Assembly (NCBI GenBank): GCA_902825985.1
Contig: CADEDC010000002.1
Coordinates: 23,226-87,225 of the forward strand
Reading direction: 5' to 3'
Origin: an uncultured Acidobacteriota bacterium
GTDB taxonomy: Bacteria > Acidobacteriota > Vicinamibacteria > Vicinamibacterales > CAVVIG01
Length of the DNA: 64,000 bases
The notes beneath the pieces are model-generated. The model did no database searches and was not told where the DNA came from. It worked only from the letters and a program-made list of their open reading frames with translations. A program made the translations under genes and the position numbers. Numbering within the stretch: position 1 is the first letter of the stretch; each line of letters opens with the position of its first letter. Of the stretch, positions 26,882 through 34,819 are shown one piece after another.

Positions 26882-27763
26882 TCAGTGCTCGGTGCCGGTC
26901 TTCGTCGCCGTGACCGCCGCCGGATCCGGCTCGCGCCGGTTGACACTCGAGTCGGACACCGGCGCGTTCAGCGCGCCCTCGATCTGCCGGCTCGCTTCGC
27001 TGCGGACGACGATGGAGACGCGGCGATTGCGCGGATCGAGCGGCACGTCGGGCATCTGCAGCTGGCGGTCGGCGAAGCCGCGGACCGCCCGCACCTGACC
27101 GTCGCGCAGTCCGGTCCGCTCCATCACCCGCCGGGCGGCGTTCGCCCGCTCCGCCGAGAGTTCCCAGTTGCCGTAGCGATCGCCGTCGGCATACTGCCGG
27201 CTGTCGGTGTGGCCTTCCACGACGACGTCATTGGTCAGCGCGCCCAGCTCGTGGGCGATCAGTCCGAGGATCTGCTCGCTCTCGCCGCGCAGCGCGGCGC
27301 TGCCGGAATCGAAGAAGCTGGACGCGGCCTTGTCGACCAGATCGATGCGCAGCCCTTCGGAGGTCACGGTGAACTGCACCTGGTCGCGCAGCGTGTCGAA
27401 ACCCTTGATGGCGGTCATTTCCTGGCGGATGAGCGCCGCCGTCGCCTCGAGCCGGGCCCGTTCGTCCTCGGCCGCGGTCCGGGCGGCCGAGACTTCGGGC
27501 GCCGCACCCGGTTCGACGCCCGGCTGGCCGCCTGGCAGCACCCCCTTGCCCTTCTCGAACTCGAAGATGCCGGGATCGCGGAAGTAGCCGCCGACCGCCG
27601 ACTTCACCTCCTTGCTTTGCGTGACCAGCCACATCACGAGGAAGAACGCCATCATGGCGGTCACGAAATCGGCATAGGCCACCTTCCAGGCGCCGCCGTG
27701 ATGGCCGCCATGGCCGCCCTTCTTGCGGACGATGACGATCGTTTCGCCTTCCTTGCCGCTCAT
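26882..27763 (-). CDS. motB: Flagellar stator protein MotB (set 1)
   Basis: Trimmed from ORF 26882..27922; the ATG at 27763 overlaps the motA stop (ATGA). 293 aa. WKVAYADFVTAMMAFFLVMWL holds the TM segment and the conserved Asp. OmpA-like C-terminus (VVEGHTD...NWELSAERANAARR...NRRV). Confidence 0.9.
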   Translation of the reverse strand: MSGKEGETIVIVRKKGGHGGHHGGAWKVAYADFVTAMMAFFLVMWLVTQSKEVKSAVGGYFRDPGIFEFEKGKGVLPGGQPGVEPGAAPEVSAARTAAEDERARLEATAALIRQEMTAIKGFDTLRDQVQFTVTSEGLRIDLVDKAASSFFDSGSAALRGESEQILGLIAHELGALTNDVVVEGHTDSRQYADGDRYGNWELSAERANAARRVMERTGLRDGQVRAVRGFADRQLQMPDVPLDPRNRRVSIVVRSEASRQIEGALNAPVSDSSVNRREPDPAAVTATKTGTEH

Positions 27764-28635
27764 GCCGCCGCCGCCTGGCCGCCGTCGCGGGTCGCCTTGC
27801 AGATCTGTTCGGTCTCCTCGAAGCTCGGCCGGACGTGTGACGGCAGCACGCGACGGGCGAACTCGATGGCGAGTGCCGGCGGCAGCCCCTTGTAGGTGGC
27901 CAGCAGCCCGGACTTGATGCACTGCTCGTAGCGGCCGTCGTCGTGGACGCGCGCCTCCATGCTGGCCGAGAGCGGCTGCAGGAAGCCGTACGAGAGCAGG
28001 ATGCCGAGGAAGGTGCCGACCAGGGCGGCGCCGACCTTGTGGCCGATCTCCGACGGCGGGCCGTCGATCGCGCCCATCGTGATGACGATGCCGAGCACCG
28101 CGGCGACGATGCCGAGGCCCGGCAGCGCGTCACCGACGCGCGTCAGCGTGCCGGCCGGGCTCTTGGCCTCCTCGTGATGGACCTCGAGGTCCTCGGCCAT
28201 CAGGTCGGCGAGGTCGTGTGGCGAGATGCCGCCGACGATGATGACCTTGATCGAGTCGGAGAGAAACGCCACCGAGTGATGGCGCGACAGGAACTTCGGG
28301 TGTCCCTTGAGGATGGTGCTCTCCTCCGGCTTGTCGAAGTGCGTCTCGAGCGCCATGATGCCGTTCTGCTGTGCGGTGCGGAACACCTTGAACAGCAGGC
28401 CGAGCAGGTCGGCGAAGTCCTCGCGGGTCAGGCCGGTGCCGAACAGCGCCGTCAGCTGGCCGACGAGCGCCTTCACCACGACCGGTGACGTGCTGATCAG
28501 CAGGCTGCCGACGGCGGCGCCGCCGATGATGACGAGCTCGGCGGGCTGGATCAGGACGCCGAGCGCGCCGCCTTCCATCAGATAGCCGCCGATGACCGAA
28601 CCGATGACGACCAGAATACCGACGATCACCAACAT
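27760..28635 (-). CDS. motA: Flagellar stator protein MotA (set 1)
   Basis: 291 aa. Four TM segments and the C-terminal MotA/TolQ/ExbB channel motifs (GLGIVAAVLGIVITM...ALVGTFLGILLSYGF). Confidence 0.95.
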   Translation of the reverse strand: MLVIVGILVVIGSVIGGYLMEGGALGVLIQPAELVIIGGAAVGSLLISTSPVVVKALVGQLTALFGTGLTREDFADLLGLLFKVFRTAQQNGIMALETHFDKPEESTILKGHPKFLSRHHSVAFLSDSIKVIIVGGISPHDLADLMAEDLEVHHEEAKSPAGTLTRVGDALPGLGIVAAVLGIVITMGAIDGPPSEIGHKVGAALVGTFLGILLSYGFLQPLSASMEARVHDDGRYEQCIKSGLLATYKGLPPALAIEFARRVLPSHVRPSFEETEQICKATRDGGQAAAA

Positions 28636-28647
28636 GGTTTCAACGCC

Positions 28648-29331
28648 TCATGACACGGAGGATCCGGCGCGGTCGCCCGGCCGGGGATGGGCCTGCATGG
28701 ATTGTTCTTCGATGAGCCGCAGCCAGGCCGCCACGACCGCGGCATCGAATCGGCTGCCGGAATGGCGGACGAGTTCCACGTTGGCCGAGTCCGACGGCAT
28801 CGAGAACATCGCGCACAGCTCCTGCAACGCATCGAACGTGTCGGCGACGTGCAGGATGCGGGCGCCCAGCGGAATCGCCTCGCCTTCGAGATGATGGGGA
28901 AAGCCGGTGCCGTCCATGCACTCGCGCGACGCCATGACCAGCGCGGCGGCCGGCCGGAGCGCCGGCGCGGCGTCGAGGATGTCGCGCGTCACGGCGAGCT
29001 GCTCGCTCCAGCGTTCGACGTCGGCGCGGCTCACGTTGTCGGTGTCGGCGTCGGATCGCTCGGGGATGATCAGCTTGCCGAGGTCGTGCACCCACGCCGC
29101 CCGTTCGATGTCGATCACCGCCCGATCGGTCAGCCCGAGTTCGACGGCGATGCGGACCGAGATGTTGGCGACGCGCTGTGCGTGCGCGAGATCGTCCGGC
29201 CGCTCCCGGTAGAGCGCGGCCAGCACCGAGAGCAGCGCCTCGGAGGAGGCGATGCCGGCGTCGGCGAAGATCGCCGTCAGACGCATCTCGCGATCGCTTC
29301 TCCGCCAGGGTATCGACTCGCTGGTACTCAT
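28648..29331 (-). CDS. HD-GYP-type HD-domain protein (likely c-di-GMP phosphodiesterase), stand-alone
   Basis: Trimmed from ORF 28648..29544; start at 29331 (MSTSES). 227 aa. HAQRVANISV, AWVHDLGKLIIP, MDGTGFPHHLEGEAIPLGARILHVADTFDAL. This is the HD-GYP layout with GFP in place of GYP. Confidence 0.75.
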   Translation of the reverse strand: MSTSESIPWRRSDREMRLTAIFADAGIASSEALLSVLAALYRERPDDLAHAQRVANISVRIAVELGLTDRAVIDIERAAWVHDLGKLIIPERSDADTDNVSRADVERWSEQLAVTRDILDAAPALRPAAALVMASRECMDGTGFPHHLEGEAIPLGARILHVADTFDALQELCAMFSMPSDSANVELVRHSGSRFDAAVVAAWLRLIEEQSMQAHPRPGDRAGSSVS

Positions 29332-29406
29332 CTCTGCTCCGGTGATCTCGTCCGCGGGCACCCGAACGGCGGCGCCGACCACGGATCGGGGCCGCGTCCT
29401 CCGGAT

Positions 29407-29433
29407 CAATCGGCGGGCGGTGCGACGGCTTGA
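29407..29433 (-). promoter_or_regulatory. Candidate sigma-28 (FliA) promoter for the HD-GYP/motAB operon
   Basis: The minus strand reads TCAA-N15-GCCGATTG (consensus TAAA-N15-GCCGATAA). It lies ~76 nt upstream of the HD-GYP start. Confidence 0.35.
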
Positions 29434-29499
29434 CTGGTGCGGCCGCCGACCGGCCGGCGGCGGCATGGAACTCGCTGGTTCGGCAGCGCTGGAGTACAC

Positions 29500-30102
29500 A
29501 TGACGCACCTGTTCATCGACCGGCAGCCCATCGACTTCAACCAATCGGTGCAGACGTGGGCCGATCTGCTCACTCAGCTCGATGCCGACCTCGACGCGTC
29601 CGGGCGGGTGCTGACGGAAGTGCAGTTCGATGGTGTCGGCGATCCGACATTCCGCGACCCTGGCGCGCTGACACGCCGGCTGATCGCCGTCGGGCGGATT
29701 GACGCCGCCACGGCGACGCCGGCCGACCTGCTGCGCGACTGCCTCCTGGAGGCCGCCGGCACGGTGTCCGGATTACACGACGAAGCGATGAAGGTCGCCG
29801 AGCAGTTCCGCACCGTCCGACCGGGCGGCGCGCATCTGCGCCTCGGCCACCTCGCCGAGGCACTGGGTCAGCTCGTCGTCCTCGTCCAGACGCTGCAAGG
29901 CCCGCTCGGGCTCGACCTCGCCCGGCTCGACGACCCGACGGCCGCCGGCGACGCCGACCTGGCGCGCCTCAGCGGCATCATCGATGCGCTCGTCGCGGCG
30001 CAGGGCGGCGCCGACACGCTGACCGTCGCCGACATCCTCGAGGACGACCTGCTGCCGTTCCTGCGCGCCTGGCAGACGCGGTTCGAGCGCCTCGCCGGCT
30101 GA
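29500..30102 (+). CDS. Hypothetical protein, left-hand member of a paralog pair bracketing the glycosylation island
   Basis: Trimmed from ORF 29437..30102; ATG at 29500 is preceded by GGAG. 200 aa. Homologous to 58203..58811: GRVLTEVQFDGVGDPTFRDPG aligns with GRIVTAVRFDGVVRPSFRGQG, and the C-terminal LLPFLRAWQTRFERLA aligns with LRPAIRRWHALFDRLE. I recognise no known domain. Confidence 0.65.
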   Translation: MTHLFIDRQPIDFNQSVQTWADLLTQLDADLDASGRVLTEVQFDGVGDPTFRDPGALTRRLIAVGRIDAATATPADLLRDCLLEAAGTVSGLHDEAMKVAEQFRTVRPGGAHLRLGHLAEALGQLVVLVQTLQGPLGLDLARLDDPTAAGDADLARLSGIIDALVAAQGGADTLTVADILEDDLLPFLRAWQTRFERLAG

Positions 30103-30103
30103 C

Positions 30104-31141
30104 GTGCCGAGCGACATGGCACCCGCGCTCTACATCCTGAGCGAGCCGACCGTCGCCAGCTACGGCACGATCGGCCGACTCTATCGCGACACGTTCCGGG
30201 CGATGGGCCGTCGCGCCGTCGCGGCGCCGGCGCCAGCCCGCGCCGGCGAGCTGCCGCGCGGGGCGATCGTGCTCCACAACACCCTCGGCGCGCGATGTGC
30301 GCCGCTTCCCGGGGTCCGCAACATCGCGGTGCCGTTTCACGAGTGGGACCGCTATCCGGCGGCGTGGGCCGCGCGGCTGAACGCGTTCGACGAGATCTGG
30401 GCGGCCACCGGCTACCTGGCGCGCGTCCTCCGGCGCAGCGGCGTGACCTCCCGGATCCTGGTGCTGCCCCCGGCCCTCGACCTGGCGCCGCCGCTGGCGC
30501 GGCTGTCCTGGTCACCGCGCGGAGCGTTCCGATTCCTGTTCGTCGGCGAACCCCACTTCCGCAAGGGGCACCACCTGCTGCTCGAGGGATTTCGGCGGCT
30601 TGCCGTCTCGCCGCGCCACGCCACGCTGACGATCAAGACGGCGAAGGACTGCGCCTGGCGCGTCGGCGACCCGGGTGTCAGGCTGATCCGCGAACGCTGG
30701 TCCACCGAGCGGATGCGCCGCCTCTACGCGAGCCACGACGCGTTCGTCTCCGCCAGCCTCGCCGAGGGTCTGGGTCTCGGGGTCGCCGAAGCCATGCTCG
30801 CCCGCGTGCCGGTGGCGGCCACGGCCTGGGGTGGCCACACGGCGCTGTTCGCACCGGGCGGCGCCGTGCGGATTCCGCATCGCGTCGTGCCGCAGCCGTT
30901 CTGCTCGCGCCCGGACTTCTACGCCCCCGGGCAACGCTGCGCCCTCGCCTCGCCCGATGCCGTCGCCGACGCCATGGCGACGCTGCTGGCGATGACGCCG
31001 CCGGCCCGGCGGCGGCAGGCGCTGGCCGCGTCAGCCTGGGTGCGCGCCCGCTTCGGTCTGGCGGCCTGTGCCCCGCGTCTCGCCGCGGCGCTCGCGAACG
31101 AAGAGATTGCCGAACTGCCGGTATCGCCCGCCGGCGAGTAG
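30104..31141 (+). CDS. Glycosyltransferase, GT-B fold (GT4-like)
   Basis: 345 aa. FLFVGEPHFRKGHHLLLEGF and the E-x7-E region SLAEGLGLGVAEAMLARVPV are typical of GT4. Confidence 0.8.
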   Translation: MPSDMAPALYILSEPTVASYGTIGRLYRDTFRAMGRRAVAAPAPARAGELPRGAIVLHNTLGARCAPLPGVRNIAVPFHEWDRYPAAWAARLNAFDEIWAATGYLARVLRRSGVTSRILVLPPALDLAPPLARLSWSPRGAFRFLFVGEPHFRKGHHLLLEGFRRLAVSPRHATLTIKTAKDCAWRVGDPGVRLIRERWSTERMRRLYASHDAFVSASLAEGLGLGVAEAMLARVPVAATAWGGHTALFAPGGAVRIPHRVVPQPFCSRPDFYAPGQRCALASPDAVADAMATLLAMTPPARRRQALAASAWVRARFGLAACAPRLAAALANEEIAELPVSPAGE

Positions 31142-32035
31142 CCGCCGCGCCCGCTGCTCCACCTGCGACAGCGCGGTGACCGCGATGACGTCCGCCGGTT
31201 CCGCCGCCGTGCCGATCCGGAAGCCCTCCGACGGCGCGATGCGGCGAAAGATCGCCGCCCCGCGATCGTCGTTCGGCAGCCAGAGCGTCGCCGGGTGCGG
31301 CAGGTCGTGCCGCTGGCGCCGGACGAATCGCAGCTTGGCGGCGATGACCCGCTCGACCTGGGCGTCGCGGCGGCGGGCGCTGGAACTCGCCGCGTGCACG
31401 CGGACCGTATACAGCCGGTCTGGCAGGCGGGCGAACTGGTGGTGCGGCAGGAGCCGCAGCCACAGATCGTAGTCCTCCGCCGGCACCATCGCCTGGTCGT
31501 AGCCGCCCTGCCGCAGCACGTCGCGCTTGGCGACGATGGTGGCATGGAACAGACAACAGGTCAGCGGCATCAACGCGGCAATCTGCGCGGCCGTCACCGC
31601 CCGGTCCCACTGCGACCGGACGGTCCTCGTCCACGCGTTCTCGACCGGCCGCCCGTCAGCGTCGACGAAATCGACGGCGGTCGCCAGCACGTCGATGTCG
31701 GCATGGACCGCGAGGAAGGCCAGCTGGGTCGCCAGGCGGGCCGGCGCCGACCAGTCGTCCGCGTCCTGGCGGGCGACGTAGCGACCGCGCGCTGCGTCGA
31801 GTCCGAGATTCAGGGCGGCCGCCAGGCCGCCGCCGCCACTCGACAGCGCACGCACCCGCGGGTCGGTGAGGCCACGGACGTAGTCTGCCGTGGCGTCGAC
31901 GCTGCCGTCGTCGATCACCAGGAGTTCGAAGTCGGACCACGTCTGCTGGAGGATGCTGTCGATGGCGCGAACGACATACGGCAGGCCATTGCGAACCGGC
32001 AGCAGCACGGAGACCGCGGGCGGCTGACGGCTCAT
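31031..32035 (-). CDS. Glycosyltransferase family 2
   Basis: Trimmed from ORF 31031..32122; the ATG at 32035 overlaps the upstream stop. 334 aa. VSVLLPVRNGLPYVVRAIDSILQQTWSDFELLVIDDGSVDAT and ...ARQDADDWS (the DxD region). Confidence 0.85.
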   Translation of the reverse strand: MSRQPPAVSVLLPVRNGLPYVVRAIDSILQQTWSDFELLVIDDGSVDATADYVRGLTDPRVRALSSGGGGLAAALNLGLDAARGRYVARQDADDWSAPARLATQLAFLAVHADIDVLATAVDFVDADGRPVENAWTRTVRSQWDRAVTAAQIAALMPLTCCLFHATIVAKRDVLRQGGYDQAMVPAEDYDLWLRLLPHHQFARLPDRLYTVRVHAASSSARRRDAQVERVIAAKLRFVRRQRHDLPHPATLWLPNDDRGAAIFRRIAPSEGFRIGTAAEPADVIAVTALSQVEQRARRLLAGGRYRQFGNLFVRERRGETRGTGRQTEAGAHPG

Positions 32036-33243
32036 GCCGACACCCCGTAGCGCCGCAGCTGCACCACCAGCGCGCGGTGCTGCGCGATCACCTCGTGCGC
32101 GCACAGCGCCAGCGGCCGCCACAACAGCGGTCCGAGCGCACGATCAGGCGGCGTGCGCCAGTAGCGCGGCAGATAGCCGCAACCGAGGCCGGTCTGAACG
32201 TCGTCGCGCGTCTCGGGATCGAAACCGCTTTCGAGCAGTGTCTCGAGCGCCGCCATCATCGCGAGGCAGCGGTCCGCCGACCGGTCGCCGTCGCGGACGC
32301 GGATGGCGGCGTCGAGCGCGGCGCCGGCCTGCGACACCAGCGGCGCCAGGCGGCGGCGCGCCGCGTCAGCGCGCGCCAGCCGCTCGCCGACGGCGGGCCA
32401 CGGCAGACGCGCGACGGCGAGCGGTCGCCGCCGACCCGATCCGACTATGTCGTCGAGGGGTGCGACCTGCCAGCCCGGTTTCGCGGCGCCGGCGTGCCCC
32501 ACGTCGACACACCGCGTCGGGGTACGAAGCGCCAGCAGGCCGAGCAGTTCCGAGAGCGGCTGTTGGCGCAGATCGGCGACGGCCGGGGTCCCGAGGTCGA
32601 CGCCAAGCAGCGCCACCGTGACGGCACCGGCCAGCAAGGCGGTCGCGACCGCGGTCCCCGGCCACAGCCCCCAGGTCGGCAGCGGATCGAGGACCAGGAG
32701 ACGATCGGCGGCAATGCCGTCGAGCAGCACGGCCGGCGTCCGCTCGTCAGTGACGATGAGCGCGTGATCACGCCAGGGGTGGGTCCGCTCGGCCAGCGCC
32801 TGCACCGAGAATTGCGCATCGAGCGGCGTCTGGTGCTCGACGACGACCACGTCGGGCTGCAGACCGGCATCGCTGAGCGCATCGGCGCCGCGCGGGGACG
32901 TGAACAGATGGACGTGCGGTCGCACCCGGCTGAGCACCGGCAGGGCGGCGGTGAGCGACGGCCCGGTTCCGACGACGACCACGGGCGTGTCATCGCCGAC
33001 GACCGGTACACCACTCCAGGCGGCGGGATGCGAGAGACGGGAGAACTGCGGGTCGAGTCGGGCGCCGCAGAAGCGCGCCCATTGGCGTTCATAGGCCGCC
33101 CAGCACGCCCGTAGCACCTCGACGTCGGTGCGGACCGCCGCGCTCAGGTCGCCGGGCGTCAACGCCCGATCGCAGCCGATTTCCTCGACGAGGCGGACGG
33201 CCGGTCCGGCGGCGCGCGCGACTTCGGTCCACGACGCGGTCAT
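32032..33243 (-). CDS. DUF115/Maf-like (motility accessory factor family) putative flagellin glycosyltransferase
   Basis: 403 aa. The core VVVVGTGPSLTAALPVLSRVR...LQPDVVVVEH resembles the DUF115 G.GPSL...PD.vv..D pattern, which is also present in 41290..44340. Confidence 0.55.
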   Translation of the reverse strand: MTASWTEVARAAGPAVRLVEEIGCDRALTPGDLSAAVRTDVEVLRACWAAYERQWARFCGARLDPQFSRLSHPAAWSGVPVVGDDTPVVVVGTGPSLTAALPVLSRVRPHVHLFTSPRGADALSDAGLQPDVVVVEHQTPLDAQFSVQALAERTHPWRDHALIVTDERTPAVLLDGIAADRLLVLDPLPTWGLWPGTAVATALLAGAVTVALLGVDLGTPAVADLRQQPLSELLGLLALRTPTRCVDVGHAGAAKPGWQVAPLDDIVGSGRRRPLAVARLPWPAVGERLARADAARRRLAPLVSQAGAALDAAIRVRDGDRSADRCLAMMAALETLLESGFDPETRDDVQTGLGCGYLPRYWRTPPDRALGPLLWRPLALCAHEVIAQHRALVVQLRRYGVSA

Positions 33244-34328
33244 GCCGACGCTCCCGCGACGGTCCGCCCGGCGGCGCGCGTCAACGCCGCCCGCAGACGC
33301 GCCGCGACGTGCTCGACGTCATGGCGGGCGGCCCGTCGACGACCGGCCCGGCCCATGGCCGCCGCCAGATCGCGGTCGCCAAGCAGACGGTGGAGGCGGT
33401 CGGTCAGTGCACCGACATCCCCGACCGGGACCACGAATCCGTCGATGCCCTCGCGGACGACGGTGCGCACGTGCCCGACGTCGGTCACCACCACGGGGCG
33501 CGCCGCCGCCATCGCCTCGAGCATCGCGGTCGGTACGCCCTCCCGGCCGGACGGCAGCGCGAAGATCAGCGACGCCTCGAGGTCCGGTCCGACGTCACCG
33601 TGCCGGCCGACGAGCTCGCAGGCCGCGCCGACGTCCAGCCGGGCGGCCAGCGCCCGGAGCCGATCGCCTTCACCACTCTCGTCGGCGCCGACCAACCGCA
33701 ACGTCACCGTCGGATGCGACGGCCGCAGTCGTGCCACGGCCCGGACGAGGTCACCCAGCCGCTTCAGCGCGTGCAGGTTGGCGACGGCGACGATCCGCGT
33801 GGGCGTCGTTGCCGACACCGGCGGGATCGTGAGGAAGTGGCGGACGTCGGCCGCCTTGCCGAGCACGGTCGCCCGCGGCTCGGGCGCGGCGTAGCCCTCT
33901 GCCAGTGCGGCGGTGGTGAAGGTCACCTGGTCGCATCCCCACATGATCGACTCATCCGGCTGCCAGCGCAGCTGGTCGTTGAGGCGGAAGGTGCCGGCCA
34001 TGTCATAGCCCTTGCCGTAGACGAGGGCGGCGGCGCAGTGGCCGGCGACGATCGGAATCCATCGACACGCCATCCGATCGACCAGGAAGTGGACGACGTC
34101 GTAACCGCGGCGGAACGTCGTCATCACGGCCTCCGGGGTTGCCGCGATCACGACTCGAGCGGCGGTCTGCCGCAGCGCCGGCTCCAATGCACCACCGGCG
34201 GTGGCCAGAATCTCGTGGTCCGCCCACGCGGCCTGCGAGTGCCACCGGCGGAGCACGTTCAGAAACGTCGTCTCCATCCCGCCGGCGCCACAGGTATCGA
34301 GGACGTGCAGTATCCGCATCGCCGTCAC
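33240..34328 (-). CDS. Glycosyltransferase, GT4-like
   Basis: 362 aa. MRILHVLDTCGAGGMETTFLN and the C-terminal LPSGREGVPTAMLEAMAAARPVVVTDVG (E-x7-E). Confidence 0.85.
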   Translation of the reverse strand: MTAMRILHVLDTCGAGGMETTFLNVLRRWHSQAAWADHEILATAGGALEPALRQTAARVVIAATPEAVMTTFRRGYDVVHFLVDRMACRWIPIVAGHCAAALVYGKGYDMAGTFRLNDQLRWQPDESIMWGCDQVTFTTAALAEGYAAPEPRATVLGKAADVRHFLTIPPVSATTPTRIVAVANLHALKRLGDLVRAVARLRPSHPTVTLRLVGADESGEGDRLRALAARLDVGAACELVGRHGDVGPDLEASLIFALPSGREGVPTAMLEAMAAARPVVVTDVGHVRTVVREGIDGFVVPVGDVGALTDRLHRLLGDRDLAAAMGRAGRRRAARHDVEHVAARLRAALTRAAGRTVAGASA

Positions 34329-34819
34329 ATCCGGAGGTCGCGCACGACGCGCGCCGGCACGAAGACGAGCAGGCCGAGTGCCGCCAGCAGTGCCGCGGAT
34401 CGCGCCGCCCGCCCGAGCTCACGACCGAGGATCGGCCACGTCCGACGGACGACCAGCTGCCCGTCGGCGGTGATGGCGGTGAAGCCGCCAGGCGACACCA
34501 GCATCGCGGTGCGGTCGACGTTGGACTGCCCGGTGCCGGCGGGATCGTTCCACAGCACGCACACCCGGTCGAAGCGGCCGGCAATCGCGCGTGCTGCCAC
34601 TGGGCTGCGCGCGAACGCCCACGGGTGGAAGAACGCCGCCCGGTCGTAGACGAGGCGACGGTCTCCGACGATCCCGGCTTCGTCGAGCGACGCGACGCCG
34701 CCCGCCGTTGTCACGACCGTGATGTCACAGCCGGGCGAATGCGTCTGGAGCGCGGCCATCGCCGTCCGCAGGTGGCGGCCGGAGCGAAACAGCAGAATCC
34801 GCTCAGGCGGCAGCGGCAT
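34325..34819 (-). CDS. Hypothetical protein with C-terminal hydrophobic helix; related to the N-terminal extension of GT 38063..39811
   Basis: 164 aa. ERILLFRSGRHLRTAMAALQTHSPG...FDRVCVLW...SPGGF. Start and stop overlap both neighbours. Coding status rests on this tight operon packing and on the paralogous segment. Confidence 0.55.
   Translation of the reverse strand: MPLPPERILLFRSGRHLRTAMAALQTHSPGCDITVVTTAGGVASLDEAGIVGDRRLVYDRAAFFHPWAFARSPVAARAIAGRFDRVCVLWNDPAGTGQSNVDRTAMLVSPGGFTAITADGQLVVRRTWPILGRELGRAARSAALLAALGLLVFVPARVVRDLRM

Noticed and set aside
29437-29499. Sigma-54- or sigma-70-like promoter elements for the left bracket gene (TTGACT at ~29430; TGGAAC/TGGTTC motifs at 29466-29490).
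   Set aside because: TTGACT has no acceptable -10 at 16-18 nt. The TGG-containing motifs lack a GC at the correct -12 spacing. This is not better than chance in this composition.
31031-31141. A 111-nt convergent overlap between GT 30104..31141 (+) and GT2 31031..32035 (-), and a 17-nt convergent overlap at 41290..41306.
   Set aside because: Most likely one or both C-termini are simply extended, because stop codons are rare in GC-rich DNA. Both tails are low-complexity. There is no evidence for functional antisense regulation.
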